DNA from: an uncultured Gemmatimonadales bacterium
GTDB lineage: Bacteria > Gemmatimonadota > Gemmatimonadetes > Longimicrobiales > RSA9
Assembly: GCA_963783305.1 (NCBI GenBank)
Contig: CAWAMW010000015.1
Location: 160,001-224,000 of the forward strand
Direction: 5' to 3'
DNA length: 64,000 bases
A program made the position numbers and the translations under genes. Below the pieces are notes generated by a model. It did no database searches. It saw only the letters and a program-made list of their open reading frames with translations, and had not been told where the DNA came from. Positions 9,150 through 19,033 of this stretch are shown here, piece after piece. Numbering within the stretch: position 1 is the stretch's first letter; each line of letters starts with the position of its first letter.

Positions 9150-9977
9150 CTACTTCTCCTCGGACTCGTCCTCGTCGGAGCTGTCCTCGGTGGCCTTCTC
9201 CTTCTTCGACGCCTTCTTATTCGGCGCCGCGGCCTCCGCTTTCGGCTCCTCGACTTCCGACTCCGTCTCCGCCTCGACCTTCGCCTCCGGCTCCTCCGCC
9301 TTCTTGGCGGGCTCCGCCTTCGGCGCCACGGCCGCCTTTACCTCAGCCTTGCCTTCCTCGCTCTTTTCGGCCTTGGGGGCTTCCTCGGCCTTGGCCGCTT
9401 CCTCGGCCTTGGGCGCGTCCTCGGCCTCCGCGGTCGGCGTCTCGTCCGCCGTCTTCGACGGCTCCGTCGCCGCCTTTTCCGACTTCGGCGCCTCGGTCTC
9501 CGTGGCCGCCACAGCCTCGGCGGTCGCACCGCCACCCGGGGCCTCGGCCGGCTCTTCCTTCTCGGCGTCGGGGGCGGCACCCTCCATGGGGTCCGTCTTC
9601 CCGGCCGTGGTCTTCTCGGCCGTGTCACCCTCGGAGGCCTGGGCGGCGGTCGACGTGGGTCGCCGCTCGGGCTTCGTCGCCGTCTTCAGACGCGGAGCCT
9701 CCTCACCCGGCTTGACGAACTTGATGTCCGCATCCCCGCCCTTGCGGGCCTTGCGGATCAGCGACGCGGCGCTGGTGGTCACCTCGGCGCCCTTCCCGAT
9801 CCATTCATCGACCTTGTCCAGGTCCATGGTCAGGAAGGCCGGTCGCGTGCGCGGGTTGTAGAAGCCCACCTCGTCAATGTACGCACCATCGCGGGGGGCG
9901 TCGCCCTTGGCGACGACCACTCGGAAGTAGGGCTGCTTCTTCCGGCCCACACGCCGGAGTCGGATCCTCACGGACAT
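9150..9977 (-). CDS. rpsP: 30S ribosomal protein S16 with long acidic C-terminal extension
   Basis: MSVRIRLRRVGRKKQPYFRVVV...RDG...GFYNP core, followed by ~190 aa Ala/Glu/Lys/Pro-rich tail. Confidence 0.95.
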   Translation of the reverse strand: MSVRIRLRRVGRKKQPYFRVVVAKGDAPRDGAYIDEVGFYNPRTRPAFLTMDLDKVDEWIGKGAEVTTSAASLIRKARKGGDADIKFVKPGEEAPRLKTATKPERRPTSTAAQASEGDTAEKTTAGKTDPMEGAAPDAEKEEPAEAPGGGATAEAVAATETEAPKSEKAATEPSKTADETPTAEAEDAPKAEEAAKAEEAPKAEKSEEGKAEVKAAVAPKAEPAKKAEEPEAKVEAETESEVEEPKAEAAAPNKKASKKEKATEDSSDEDESEEK

Positions 9978-10072
9978 TCTGTACCTCGGTCTTCGTCTGT
10001 TCTGGTTGTTACGCCGGCTTCCACCGGCCGCGTTCCTCGGTGATCGATGCTCGATACTCGATGATCGATATT

Positions 10073-11452
10073 CTACCTCGGCAGCTTCAAGCCGCCGAGC
10101 CCGCCTCCCCCACCCATACCGGGAAGGCCTCCCATCCCTTTCATCATCCCGCCCATGCCCAGCTTCTGCATCTGCTTCATCATCTTCTGCATCTGCTGAA
10201 ACTGCTTCATGAGCTGGTTCACCTCCTGCACCTTCCGACCCGAACCCTTGGCGATCCGAGCTCTGCGCGACCCGTTCAGGATCTGCGGCTTCGTCCGCTC
10301 CTCAGGCGTCATCGAGAGCACGATCGCCTCGATGTGCTTCAACCGACGCGGGTCCACCTTCGCCTGCTTCAGCATCTTCTTGTTGACGCCCGGCAGCATT
10401 CCGAGCAGTCCTTCCAGCGGTCCCAGCTTCTGCATCTGACGCAACGCGCCGAGGAAGTCATCCAGATCGAAGCGACCCTCTTCGGTCACCTTCTTCTGGA
10501 GCCGCTCCGCCTCCTCCATGTCGAACGACTGCTGCGCCCGCTCCACCAGCCCGACGACGTCGCCGCGCTGAAGGATCCGATCCGCCATACGGCTCGGATC
10601 GAACACGTCCAGCGCATCCACACGCTCGCCGATCCCAACGAACTTGATCGGCACTCCGGTCATGCCCTTGATCGACAGCGCCGCGCCTCCGCGCGCATCA
10701 CCATCCATCTTCGTCAGCACGACGCCGCTCAGACCCAGCGCCTGATCGAAGCCCTCGGCGATCCGGACCGCCTCCTGCCCCGTCATGGCGTCAGCCACCA
10801 GCAATATTTCCACAGGCTCGGTCGCCGCCTTCACCTGCCGGAGCTCCTCCATGAGCTCCGCATCGATCTGCAGGCGGCCCGCCGAGTCCAGGATCAGCGT
10901 ACGGTGACGCTCGCTCCGCGCGCGCTCCAGCGCCCGCTCCGCCAGCCGCGCCACCCGCTTCTCCTCCCGGTCCGCAAAGACCGGGACGTCGATCTGCTCG
11001 CCCAGCGTCTCCAGCTGGTCGATGGCCGCCGGACGGTACACGTCCAGCGCCGCGAGCAGCGGCTTCTTCCCTTCGCGCTTCAGACGACGCGCCAGCTTGG
11101 CCGCCGTCGTCGTCTTGCCGCTCCCCTGCAGTCCCACCAGCAGGATCACCGTTGGCGGCGTCGGCGCCGTCGCGAGACCCTCCCGGTCGTGGCCCAGCAA
11201 TTCCACGAGCTCGTCGTGGACAATCTTCACGACCTGCTCGCCCGGCCTCACCGACTTCAGGACCTGCTCGCCTGTCGCGCGCTCCCGGACACGGTCCAGG
11301 AAGTCCCGCGCGAGCTGGAAGTTCACGTCCGCCTCCAGCAGCGCTCGCCGTATCTCCCGGAGCCCCTCGTCGATCGTGGACTCCGTGAGCAGGCCTCGCT
11401 GCTTGAAGCGGCCGAGGACTCCGTCTAGTCGTTCTGAAAGCTCGTCGAACAT
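10073..11452 (-). CDS. ffh: Signal recognition particle protein Ffh
   Basis: GLQGSGKTTT, DSAGR, TKMDGDARGG, Met-rich M domain. Confidence 0.98.
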   Translation of the reverse strand: MFDELSERLDGVLGRFKQRGLLTESTIDEGLREIRRALLEADVNFQLARDFLDRVRERATGEQVLKSVRPGEQVVKIVHDELVELLGHDREGLATAPTPPTVILLVGLQGSGKTTTAAKLARRLKREGKKPLLAALDVYRPAAIDQLETLGEQIDVPVFADREEKRVARLAERALERARSERHRTLILDSAGRLQIDAELMEELRQVKAATEPVEILLVADAMTGQEAVRIAEGFDQALGLSGVVLTKMDGDARGGAALSIKGMTGVPIKFVGIGERVDALDVFDPSRMADRILQRGDVVGLVERAQQSFDMEEAERLQKKVTEEGRFDLDDFLGALRQMQKLGPLEGLLGMLPGVNKKMLKQAKVDPRRLKHIEAIVLSMTPEERTKPQILNGSRRARIAKGSGRKVQEVNQLMKQFQQMQKMMKQMQKLGMGGMMKGMGGLPGMGGGGGLGGLKLPR

Positions 11453-11523
11453 CCGAGCGTATGCATGCGAAAACGAACCGCCCCGCGCGTTTCCGCCCGC
11501 GGCCGGTAGCCAAAGAGCCTATA

Positions 11524-11552
11524 AAGGTAGGGGCTCGAGCCGCCGCGCTCAA
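11524..11552 (-). promoter_or_regulatory. Putative sigma-70 promoter for ffh-rpsP operon
   Basis: Minus strand TTGAGC-N17-TACCTT about 70 nt upstream of the ffh ATG. Confidence 0.55.
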
Positions 11553-11914
11553 GCCCCCTGACCTTTCGGCCGCGCGATGAGGCGCCCGGATCGGTGCCTG
11601 GCGGATGCTGAAAACGTAGGGCGCGGGAGCGCGAACGGTCGCTGCGCTGCCTGTCGACCGCGTCGCTTCGCTTGCTGTTCGATCGCTTCGGCCTCCCGCC
11701 TCGCCGGTCGATCTCCACTCCGCTCCGGACTCCGCCTGCGTAAGCGGGCACCCTGAGAAACGCAGACCTGCCGGACTCTGGCCATCCCTTCGACGCCGCG
11801 CTTGGCACGGTCGCCGCGCGCTGCGCGGCGATCGACCCCCGCGCCAGCGGGTGCGGAAGGGAGCGAAGCGACCGCAGGGATCGACCCTCCCTCCTCATCC
11901 CCCCGACGGCCCTG

Positions 11915-13195
11915 CTAGACCCGGATGATCTGCTCGCGCTGGGTGCCCACGGAGACGAACTGGATCGGCACCCCGGTCAGCTCCTCCAGCCGATCCATGA
12001 AGGCGCGCGCGGCCGGTGGCAGGTCGTCCAGCGAGCGTGCTCCCGACGTGTCGGTGCTCCAGCCGGGGAGCGTCTCGAACACCGGCTGCGCCCGCTCGAG
12101 CCGGACGAGGTCGTCGGGGAACTCGTCGTGGAGCTCGCCGTCGACCATGTACCCCGTGCAGATGCGGACTTCGGGGAAGGTGTCCAGGACGTCGAGCTTG
12201 GTCAGGGCGAGGCCGGTCAGGCTGTTCACCCGTGCGGCGTATCGGACCACCACGGCGTCGAACCAGCCGCAGCGCCGGGGCCGGCCGGTAGTCGCGCCGT
12301 ACTCGCCTCCCAGCTCCCGCAGGCGTTCGCCCAGCTCGGCCTCGAGCTCGGTGGGGAGTGGACCGCTGCCGACGCGGGTCGTGTACGCCTTCACTACGCC
12401 CAGCACCTGCTGGATGGCGGTGGGTCCGATCCCGGTCCCCGTGGCCGCCCCCGCCGCGGTGGTGTTGGACGACGTTACGTACGGGAACGTGCCGTGGTCG
12501 ATGTCCAGCAGCGCGCCCTGCGCGCCCTCGAGCAGCACCCGCTTGCCCGCCCGGAGCGCTTCGTCGATCTCCCGTCCGGTGTCGGTCATCAGCGGGATCA
12601 GCCGGTCCCGGACCGCGCGTACCGCCGCCACCACGGCGTCCTCGGACACGGTCTCAGCGCCGGCGGCCGCGAGCCGCTCGTTGGCGCGAGCGGTCCCGTC
12701 CCGGATCATGAGCTCCGCGCGATCCATGTCGCGGAGATCGCCCACGCGGATCCCGCGCCGCGCCACCTTGTCCTCGTAGGCGGGCCCGATCCCCTTCCCG
12801 GTCGTGCCGATCTTCCCGGAGCCGCGACCCTTCTCGCTGGCCTGGTCGAGCCGTTTGTGGTACGCCAGCAGGAGGTGGGCCCGGCCGCTGATGCCGATGC
12901 GCGGCTCCGCGTCGATCCCGCGCGCCTCCAGCCCGTCCAGCTCTTCGAAGAACTGCTCGAGGTCGAGCACCACTCCGTTCCCGAGCAGGCACCGCTTGTC
13001 CGCGTGCAGGATTCCGGAGGGAATCTGGTGCAGGACGAACTCGTCTCCGGCGACATCCACGGTGTGGCCCGCGTTGGCGCCACCCTGGTAGCGAGCGATG
13101 ATGTCGGCGTCGGCCGCCAGGACGTCCACGATCTTGCCTTTGCCCTCGTCACCCCACTGGGCGCCGACGACAACCGTACACTGTTTGCTGTTCAT
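11915..13195 (-). CDS. purA: Adenylosuccinate synthetase
   Basis: GAQWGDEGKGK, GGANAGHT, EGAQG, GATTGRPRRCGW, TKLDVL. Confidence 0.98.
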   Translation of the reverse strand: MNSKQCTVVVGAQWGDEGKGKIVDVLAADADIIARYQGGANAGHTVDVAGDEFVLHQIPSGILHADKRCLLGNGVVLDLEQFFEELDGLEARGIDAEPRIGISGRAHLLLAYHKRLDQASEKGRGSGKIGTTGKGIGPAYEDKVARRGIRVGDLRDMDRAELMIRDGTARANERLAAAGAETVSEDAVVAAVRAVRDRLIPLMTDTGREIDEALRAGKRVLLEGAQGALLDIDHGTFPYVTSSNTTAAGAATGTGIGPTAIQQVLGVVKAYTTRVGSGPLPTELEAELGERLRELGGEYGATTGRPRRCGWFDAVVVRYAARVNSLTGLALTKLDVLDTFPEVRICTGYMVDGELHDEFPDDLVRLERAQPVFETLPGWSTDTSGARSLDDLPPAARAFMDRLEELTGVPIQFVSVGTQREQIIRV

Positions 13196-13203
13196 GGGGG
13201 GGA

Positions 13204-14406
13204 CTATGACGACGGGGTTCGTCCCCCCGCAAGGTGGCCCGCCTTGTTCGCCCGGAGGAGCCGGAGTGCGGCAGCCAGAACCGTCGCCGTTTCGGCCGCG
13301 CCACGGCCGTCCAGCCGGTCCGCCGTGTCCGACCCGCGATGCACCCGGAGCAGCGATTGCCAGCGCCCTCTGAGGATCGTGAGCGCCGGCACGCCCGCCG
13401 CCGCCAGCGGCTGATGGTCCACCAGGATCGAGCGCGGGAGCGGCCGGCGGTCGACCTCTACGTCGAGTGCTCGGCCGGCCGTGAGCAGGGCCGCCGCGAG
13501 CTGCGGCGCCGACCCCTGCCGCCGCCAGCCGTGACCTTCAGCCAGGCGGATCGTGCCCCGGTCGTCCAGCCCCTCGATGTTGATCACCCCCTGCACCGGT
13601 GGCAGCGATCCCACGGCGGCGCGGGCGCCCGCCAGCCCCAGTTCCTCCCCGTCCGTGATCAGGAACCCGACCTCCTCCCCCGGGTCGTCGCCGGCCACAG
13701 CGAGAAGCGCGGCAACTCCGGTGGCGTTGTCCAGCGCGCCCGGCGACCCGTTCGACGACCACGCCAGCGCCAGCGCGAGACCGGCCACCACCACGGCGGC
13801 CCCGGCCGCGAGAGTCCATGCCGGGAACTGGAACAGCTCGCCCGCGAACCAGAGTGCCGACAGCGCCAGCAGGACCACCCATCCCACCGCGCCCAGCGCC
13901 ACCGCGCCAGTGCGGACGAGGGTGGGGATGAGCTGCGACTTGCTGTCACGGTGAGCCATGACGATCCAGGAGGGGCGGACGCCGGGTCGGGTGAACAGCA
14001 GGTTCCGGCTATCGAGCCGCCCGAACGGGAGTCGCCGTAGCCCCGGTCCCAGCAGGATCAGCGGCAGGAGCGTCAGGATGAGACCCACGACCAGCACCAC
14101 CAGGGCGGCGGCCGGGAGACCCGCGTAGAGGAACGCCGCGCCACCGATGCCGGTGAGCATCAGCGCCACGCCGGCGGCCGTGATGCCGAACCGTCCCGGC
14201 CAGGTGGAAAAGGAGAAGGGCAGCTCCGCGGTCTCGTAGCCGAGGTCCTCGAAGACCTCCCTGAGAGCGCTCTCCACGTCCTCGGCCCCCTCCGTCCCGC
14301 TGAGGCGCGGGGAGGCCAGGGCCTGAATGCGCTCGCGGAGCGCGGACGCCTCGTGGTGCCGCGCGTTGGCCAGCTCGGCGCGAGCGGCTTCGATATCGAA
14401 TGGCAT
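13204..14406 (-). CDS. M28 family peptidase with transmembrane segments
   Basis: AHRDS, GALDNATG, DGEELGLAG, DH and C-terminal His; TM insertions. Confidence 0.8.
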   Translation of the reverse strand: MPFDIEAARAELANARHHEASALRERIQALASPRLSGTEGAEDVESALREVFEDLGYETAELPFSFSTWPGRFGITAAGVALMLTGIGGAAFLYAGLPAAALVVLVVGLILTLLPLILLGPGLRRLPFGRLDSRNLLFTRPGVRPSWIVMAHRDSKSQLIPTLVRTGAVALGAVGWVVLLALSALWFAGELFQFPAWTLAAGAAVVVAGLALALAWSSNGSPGALDNATGVAALLAVAGDDPGEEVGFLITDGEELGLAGARAAVGSLPPVQGVINIEGLDDRGTIRLAEGHGWRRQGSAPQLAAALLTAGRALDVEVDRRPLPRSILVDHQPLAAAGVPALTILRGRWQSLLRVHRGSDTADRLDGRGAAETATVLAAALRLLRANKAGHLAGGRTPSS

Positions 14407-14430
14407 GGAGTCCCGGTGCTGTGGGTCGAG

Positions 14431-15360
14431 TCAGATCAACCCGGCCTCCTGCATCACCCGGGCCACCGTCCTGCGTTCCTTCTCGCGAAGCGGCGTAAGC
14501 GGGGGTCGCGGCGGCCCTCCGTGCCACCCCTTGAGCTCCAGCCCGACCTTCACACCGCGGGCTCCGAACGCGCCCACGATCTCGCGGTGGGCGGGAGCCA
14601 GACGCTCCTGGATCCGGCCCGCCTCCGGTAGCCGTCCTGCGCGATAGTGCTGGATCAGCTCACCGTACTCCTCCGGCGCGAGGAGCCCGAGCGCGACGAT
14701 GCCGCCCGCGGCGCCCAGCTCCAGGGCCGCGTACAGTAGAGCGCCATTGCCCACGAACAGCCGACACTCGGAGTCGCACGCCTCGGTGTAGTCGGCGAAC
14801 CGCTTCAGGTCGCCGGACGAGTCCTTGATCCCCACCACGTTCGGGTGCCGCGACAACTCTCCCATGAGACCGGGGTCCAGCGCCACGTGTGTGAACTTGG
14901 GCATGTGGTACACCAGCACCGGGACCGGCGAGGCATCGGCGACGGCGCGATAATGGTCGCGCAGGTCGCTCGGGCTGAGCGAGACGCCGAAATACGACGG
15001 CGGATGCACCAGGACCGCGTCCACACCCAGCTCCCCGAATCGCTTCGCCAACCGGATCACCGCACGCGTGGATTCCGCCCCCGCCCCCGCCACGAGCGGC
15101 CGCATGGGGGGCACCACGTCCCGGGCGTACTCCGTCAGCCGGATCATCTCGTCCTCGTCCAGCAGCGCACCCTCGCCCGTTGAACCGAAGATGACGTAGC
15201 CGTTGATCGGCGTCTCCAGCCACCTCCGGATGTTCTCCCGGAACGTGACCGGCGCCACGTCGCCCGTGACCGGATCGAAATGCGTCGTGACCGGGACGAA
15301 GAGCCCGGACAGCCAGTCGGTCCCCGTACTCGCCGGACCCGCGCTCGCCCGGTCAGGCAA
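14431..15360 (-). CDS. DHDPS/NAL-family aldolase (non-DapA paralog)
   Basis: GSTGE and GIKDSSG; YHMPKFT lacks the DapA Arg seen in YNVPGRT. Confidence 0.85.
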   Translation of the reverse strand: MPDRASAGPASTGTDWLSGLFVPVTTHFDPVTGDVAPVTFRENIRRWLETPINGYVIFGSTGEGALLDEDEMIRLTEYARDVVPPMRPLVAGAGAESTRAVIRLAKRFGELGVDAVLVHPPSYFGVSLSPSDLRDHYRAVADASPVPVLVYHMPKFTHVALDPGLMGELSRHPNVVGIKDSSGDLKRFADYTEACDSECRLFVGNGALLYAALELGAAGGIVALGLLAPEEYGELIQHYRAGRLPEAGRIQERLAPAHREIVGAFGARGVKVGLELKGWHGGPPRPPLTPLREKERRTVARVMQEAGLI

Positions 15361-16417
15361 GGGTCCTCATCTTCAGCTCGAAGTCCGACGGGTTCGACGC
15401 CGCGGCCTTGGCCACCTGGAAGTCCACAAGATCGCTCTGGACCAGGTCCGCCAGGTGCTGGTCGAACGTCTGCGACCCGTACTGTTCCCGCCCCTCCGCG
15501 ATCAGGTCGGCGATCTCGTCCGTACGCTCGGGCTCCATGATGAGGTCCCGGATCGTCGATGTGGCCAGCATCACCTCCACCGCCGCGATGCGGCCCTTCC
15601 CGTCCTTCCGTGGCAGGAGCCGCTGGCTCACCACCGCCACGATCGACTCCGACAGCCGCACCCGCACCATCTCCTGCTCTTCCGGTGGGAACACCGCGAT
15701 GATCCGGCTGAGGGTCTTGACCGCGTTCTGCGTGTGCAGCGTCGAGAGGAGCAGATGTCCGGTCTCCGCCGCCTTCAGCGCGATGTCGATGGTCTCGGTG
15801 TCCCGCATCTCCCCCACCAGCACCGTATCCGGATCCTCACGCAGCGCGGCCCTCAGCCCGATATTGAAGGAGTCGGTGTCCGTGCCGACCTCCCGCTGGG
15901 TAAGCGAGCTCTTCTTGTCCTTGTGCAGGAACTCTATGGGGTCCTCGAGCGTCAGGATGTGCTGCGCCCGCGTTTCGTTGATGTGATTCAGCATGGCCGC
16001 GAGGGTCGTGCTCTTCCCGGACCCGGTCACCCCCGTCACCAGCACCATCCCGCGGTTGTTGTCCGCGATGCGCGCCAGGATCGGCGGCAGGCTCATTTCC
16101 TCCAGCGTGGGGATTTCGATGGGGATGACCCGCATGATGATCCCCATGCTGCCACGCTGGCGGAAGATGTTCACACGGAACCGCCCCACCCCACTCGCAC
16201 CCCAGGAGCAGTCATAGTCGCGAAGCTTGTCCACGTTCTTCCGCTCCCACTCCGGCACCAGCTGCTGCGCGAGCTGCCGCGTCTGCTCCGGCGGGACCTG
16301 CTGCTTCGTGATGGGCACGAGCTCGCCCTTGATCCGCGCGCGGATGTAGTCGCCGGCCTTGATATGGATGTCCGACGCACCACGCTGAATCGCACCTTTC
16401 AGGATTTCGATCATCAT
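15353..16417 (-). CDS. pilT: Type IV pilus retraction ATPase (PilT/PilU family)
   Basis: ASDIH, GVTGSGKSTT, EDPIE, LREDPD, GEMRD, TLHT, TIRDLI (AIRNLI-like). Confidence 0.88.
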   Translation of the reverse strand: MMIEILKGAIQRGASDIHIKAGDYIRARIKGELVPITKQQVPPEQTRQLAQQLVPEWERKNVDKLRDYDCSWGASGVGRFRVNIFRQRGSMGIIMRVIPIEIPTLEEMSLPPILARIADNNRGMVLVTGVTGSGKSTTLAAMLNHINETRAQHILTLEDPIEFLHKDKKSSLTQREVGTDTDSFNIGLRAALREDPDTVLVGEMRDTETIDIALKAAETGHLLLSTLHTQNAVKTLSRIIAVFPPEEQEMVRVRLSESIVAVVSQRLLPRKDGKGRIAAVEVMLATSTIRDLIMEPERTDEIADLIAEGREQYGSQTFDQHLADLVQSDLVDFQVAKAAASNPSDFELKMRTLA

Positions 16418-16453
16418 CCAATGGGTTCAGGGACTTCGAGATGGGGCCGCAAC

Positions 16454-17482
16454 CTAATAACCGACGCGCTTGTCGACCATGTTCCGGAGAGGCTCACCCG
16501 CCCGGAATCGGCGCAGGTTTTCGAGGATGAGCGACGTCTCCCGCTCCCAGAAGGTGTGGCTGTACCCCGATGTGTGCGGCGTGATGAGCAACCGGGGCGC
16601 GCTCCAGAGCGGGTCCTCGGGCGGGAGCGGCTCCCGCTCGAACGCGTCCAGCGCAGCGCCACGCAGCCGACCCTCCTCCAACGCAGTCACCAGCGCGGAC
16701 GTCTCCACCAGCCCGCCGCGGCCCACGTTCACCAGCACCGCGTCCGGTCGCATGCGCGCCAACGCGGACGTATTGATCAATCCCGTGGTCTCAGCCGTCT
16801 CCGGAACCGTCAGGACGACATAATGGCTCGTCTCCAGCAGCTCGTTCAGCCCCGACTCGCCGGTCAGCACCGTCACGCCCTCCACCCCCACGGGCTCGGG
16901 GCGACGGCGGGTTCCGATCACCCGCGCTCCCAGCGCCACTGCCCGCCGCGCCACTTCCAGCCCGAGGCCACCAAGTCCCACCACCCCCACCGTACTCCGC
17001 GACAGCTCCCGGACCGGCGAGTCCGCCGCGTCGAACAGGCGCTTGTCCCATCGCCCCTCACGCTGTCCCCGGATCGCCACATCCAGCCCCCGGGCGAAGT
17101 GGAGGATCGCCGCCAGCACCGTCTCTGCCACGGGCGGACCGTGGATCCCCGCGGAGTTCGTGAAGACGACGTCGGAGGCCAGCATTTCCGGCGTGAGTGA
17201 CCCTCTCACGCCCGCGGCGCCGCTGTGGACCCAGCGCAGCCGCTCTCCCACCCGCAGGACCTCGACGGGGATCCCGAACCCCATGTACACCTCCGCCCCG
17301 TCCGCCACCGCCTCGAGCGTCCGGGCCGCCACCGCGCCACCCCCATCTCCAGTTCCCACCGCCGGCGCCTCGATGAGCGCCACCTCCCAGTCTGGCACCG
17401 CTGCCCGGATCTCAGCGATCCGGGCCTCCGGTAGCGCGAAGATCGGACGCGCATCGGCCAGGTCGATCACGAGCTCCGGCAC
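16454..17482 (-). CDS. D-2-hydroxyacid dehydrogenase family protein
   Basis: GVVGLGGLG, NVGRG, LDAFEREPLP, ITPH. Confidence 0.9.
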   Translation of the reverse strand: MPELVIDLADARPIFALPEARIAEIRAAVPDWEVALIEAPAVGTGDGGGAVAARTLEAVADGAEVYMGFGIPVEVLRVGERLRWVHSGAAGVRGSLTPEMLASDVVFTNSAGIHGPPVAETVLAAILHFARGLDVAIRGQREGRWDKRLFDAADSPVRELSRSTVGVVGLGGLGLEVARRAVALGARVIGTRRRPEPVGVEGVTVLTGESGLNELLETSHYVVLTVPETAETTGLINTSALARMRPDAVLVNVGRGGLVETSALVTALEEGRLRGAALDAFEREPLPPEDPLWSAPRLLITPHTSGYSHTFWERETSLILENLRRFRAGEPLRNMVDKRVGY

Positions 17483-17483
17483 G

Positions 17484-18167
17484 TCAGACCCGCCGCACCG
17501 ACCGCACGCCATCCACGCCCGAGACCCGGGTCACCACGTCCGCCCAGTTCTTCGGATGGCCCTGGATTCTGTAGGTCGCGAGCATACCCTCCTCCTGCCG
17601 CTCGATCTCCACCAGCACGACCTGGAGGTCCTTCTCCAGCACCGCACGCACCCGCCCCGCGTTCACGACGTCGGCCGCCAGCTCCACCTGCACCAGACCC
17701 TCCACATGCCGCACCAGTCTGCCCTCCAGGCGGCCCAGCACCAGCAGCGCCAGGACCACCAGCATCGTCGCGCCCACCGCCTCCCCGTACGCCCCCGCAC
17801 CCACCGCCATCCCGATCGCCGCCACCACCCACAGCGTCGCCGCCGTGGTCAGTCCCGTCACCCCCACCCCAGACTGGATGATCGTCCCCGCTCCCAGGAA
17901 CCCGATCCCACTCACGATCTGCGCCGCAATCCGCGCTGGATCCGCGACCGTCCCCACCCCCGAGCGCGCCACGGTGAACGACAACTGCGTCAGCAGCGCC
18001 GCCCCCACGCAGATCAGCAGGTTCGTCCTGAGCCCCGCCGGCTTTCCGCTCCACTCCCGCTCCAGCCCCACCAGCCCACCCAGGAGCGCCGCCAGCAGCA
18101 GCCGCGCCAGCAGGTCCAGCCGCAACGCTCCAGCGCCCACCGCCAGACGAGCGAGAATGTCTTCCAT
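17484..18167 (-). CDS. MgtC/SapB family membrane protein
   Basis: GLERE, AGLRT, DPARIAAQIVSGIGFLGAG, GLTTAATLW. Confidence 0.92.
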   Translation of the reverse strand: MEDILARLAVGAGALRLDLLARLLLAALLGGLVGLEREWSGKPAGLRTNLLICVGAALLTQLSFTVARSGVGTVADPARIAAQIVSGIGFLGAGTIIQSGVGVTGLTTAATLWVVAAIGMAVGAGAYGEAVGATMLVVLALLVLGRLEGRLVRHVEGLVQVELAADVVNAGRVRAVLEKDLQVVLVEIERQEEGMLATYRIQGHPKNWADVVTRVSGVDGVRSVRRV

Positions 18168-18258
18168 GGATCCGATCCGTCGAAGGAGCCCTCCCGCCAT
18201 GCTACTCCTCCCACCCAGCGGCCGAAAGGCCGTACCTCGCGAGCCCGAGGGCGAGCCC

Positions 18259-18969
18259 CTACTCGTCCAGCCGCCGCAGCTCCTTCAACAGCCCCGTCTT
18301 GTCCCGCGTCTTCTCATCCACTTCCTTGATCACCCGTGCCGGCTGACCCGCCACCACGGAGTTGGCCGGCACATCCTTCGTCACCACCGCGCCCGCCGCG
18401 ACCACCGAGTTGCGGCCGACCCGCACCCCTTCCAGAACCACCGCGTTCGCACCGATCAGCACGTCATCCTCGATGACCACCGGATCCGCGCTCGGCGGCT
18501 CCAGCACACCCGCGAGCACCGCCCCCGCGCCCACGTGACAGTTGGCCCCCACCATCGCCCGCGCGCCCACCACACAGTTCATGTCCAGCATGGTCCCATC
18601 TCCCACCACGGCGCCGATATTCACCACCGCGCCCATCATCCCGATCACGTGCTCCCCGATCTCCGCTCCGTCCCGGATGATGCACCCGGGCTCGATCCGC
18701 GACTTCACCTTCTTCAAATCGAGCAGGGGGATCGCCGAGTTGCGTCGGTCGTTCTCCAGGTGGTGATACCGGATGTTCGACGCTCCCTCCAGTACCTCCC
18801 GCACCCGCTCCCACTCCCCGATCAGCACCGTCGTCTCGGCACCCGTGGGGAACACCTTCAGGTCCTCCGACGGCTCCACATCCAGCGCACCGTCGTGCCG
18901 CACGTATACCGTCACGGGAGTCGTTTTCCGCGAGTTGGCGATGATGTCGCGTATCTTCTGATAATCCAT
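18259..18969 (-). CDS. dapH: Tetrahydrodipicolinate N-acetyltransferase (DapH type)
   Basis: N-terminal [42 protein letters not shown], hexapeptide repeats; adjacent to dapB and dapA. Confidence 0.88.
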   Translation of the reverse strand: MDYQKIRDIIANSRKTTPVTVYVRHDGALDVEPSEDLKVFPTGAETTVLIGEWERVREVLEGASNIRYHHLENDRRNSAIPLLDLKKVKSRIEPGCIIRDGAEIGEHVIGMMGAVVNIGAVVGDGTMLDMNCVVGARAMVGANCHVGAGAVLAGVLEPPSADPVVIEDDVLIGANAVVLEGVRVGRNSVVAAGAVVTKDVPANSVVAGQPARVIKEVDEKTRDKTGLLKELRRLDE

Positions 18970-19033
18970 GGCTCGGAGCTCGAGGTTCTTGAGTGACGGT
19001 TCGGTTTCTCGGCGGCCCCCCTCACCGTCCCGC

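Noticed and set aside
11460..11910. SRP RNA (ffs) next to ffh
   Set aside because: No helix-8 signature (CAGG...GGAA...GCAGC-type) could be identified on either strand; kept only as an unexplained structured element.
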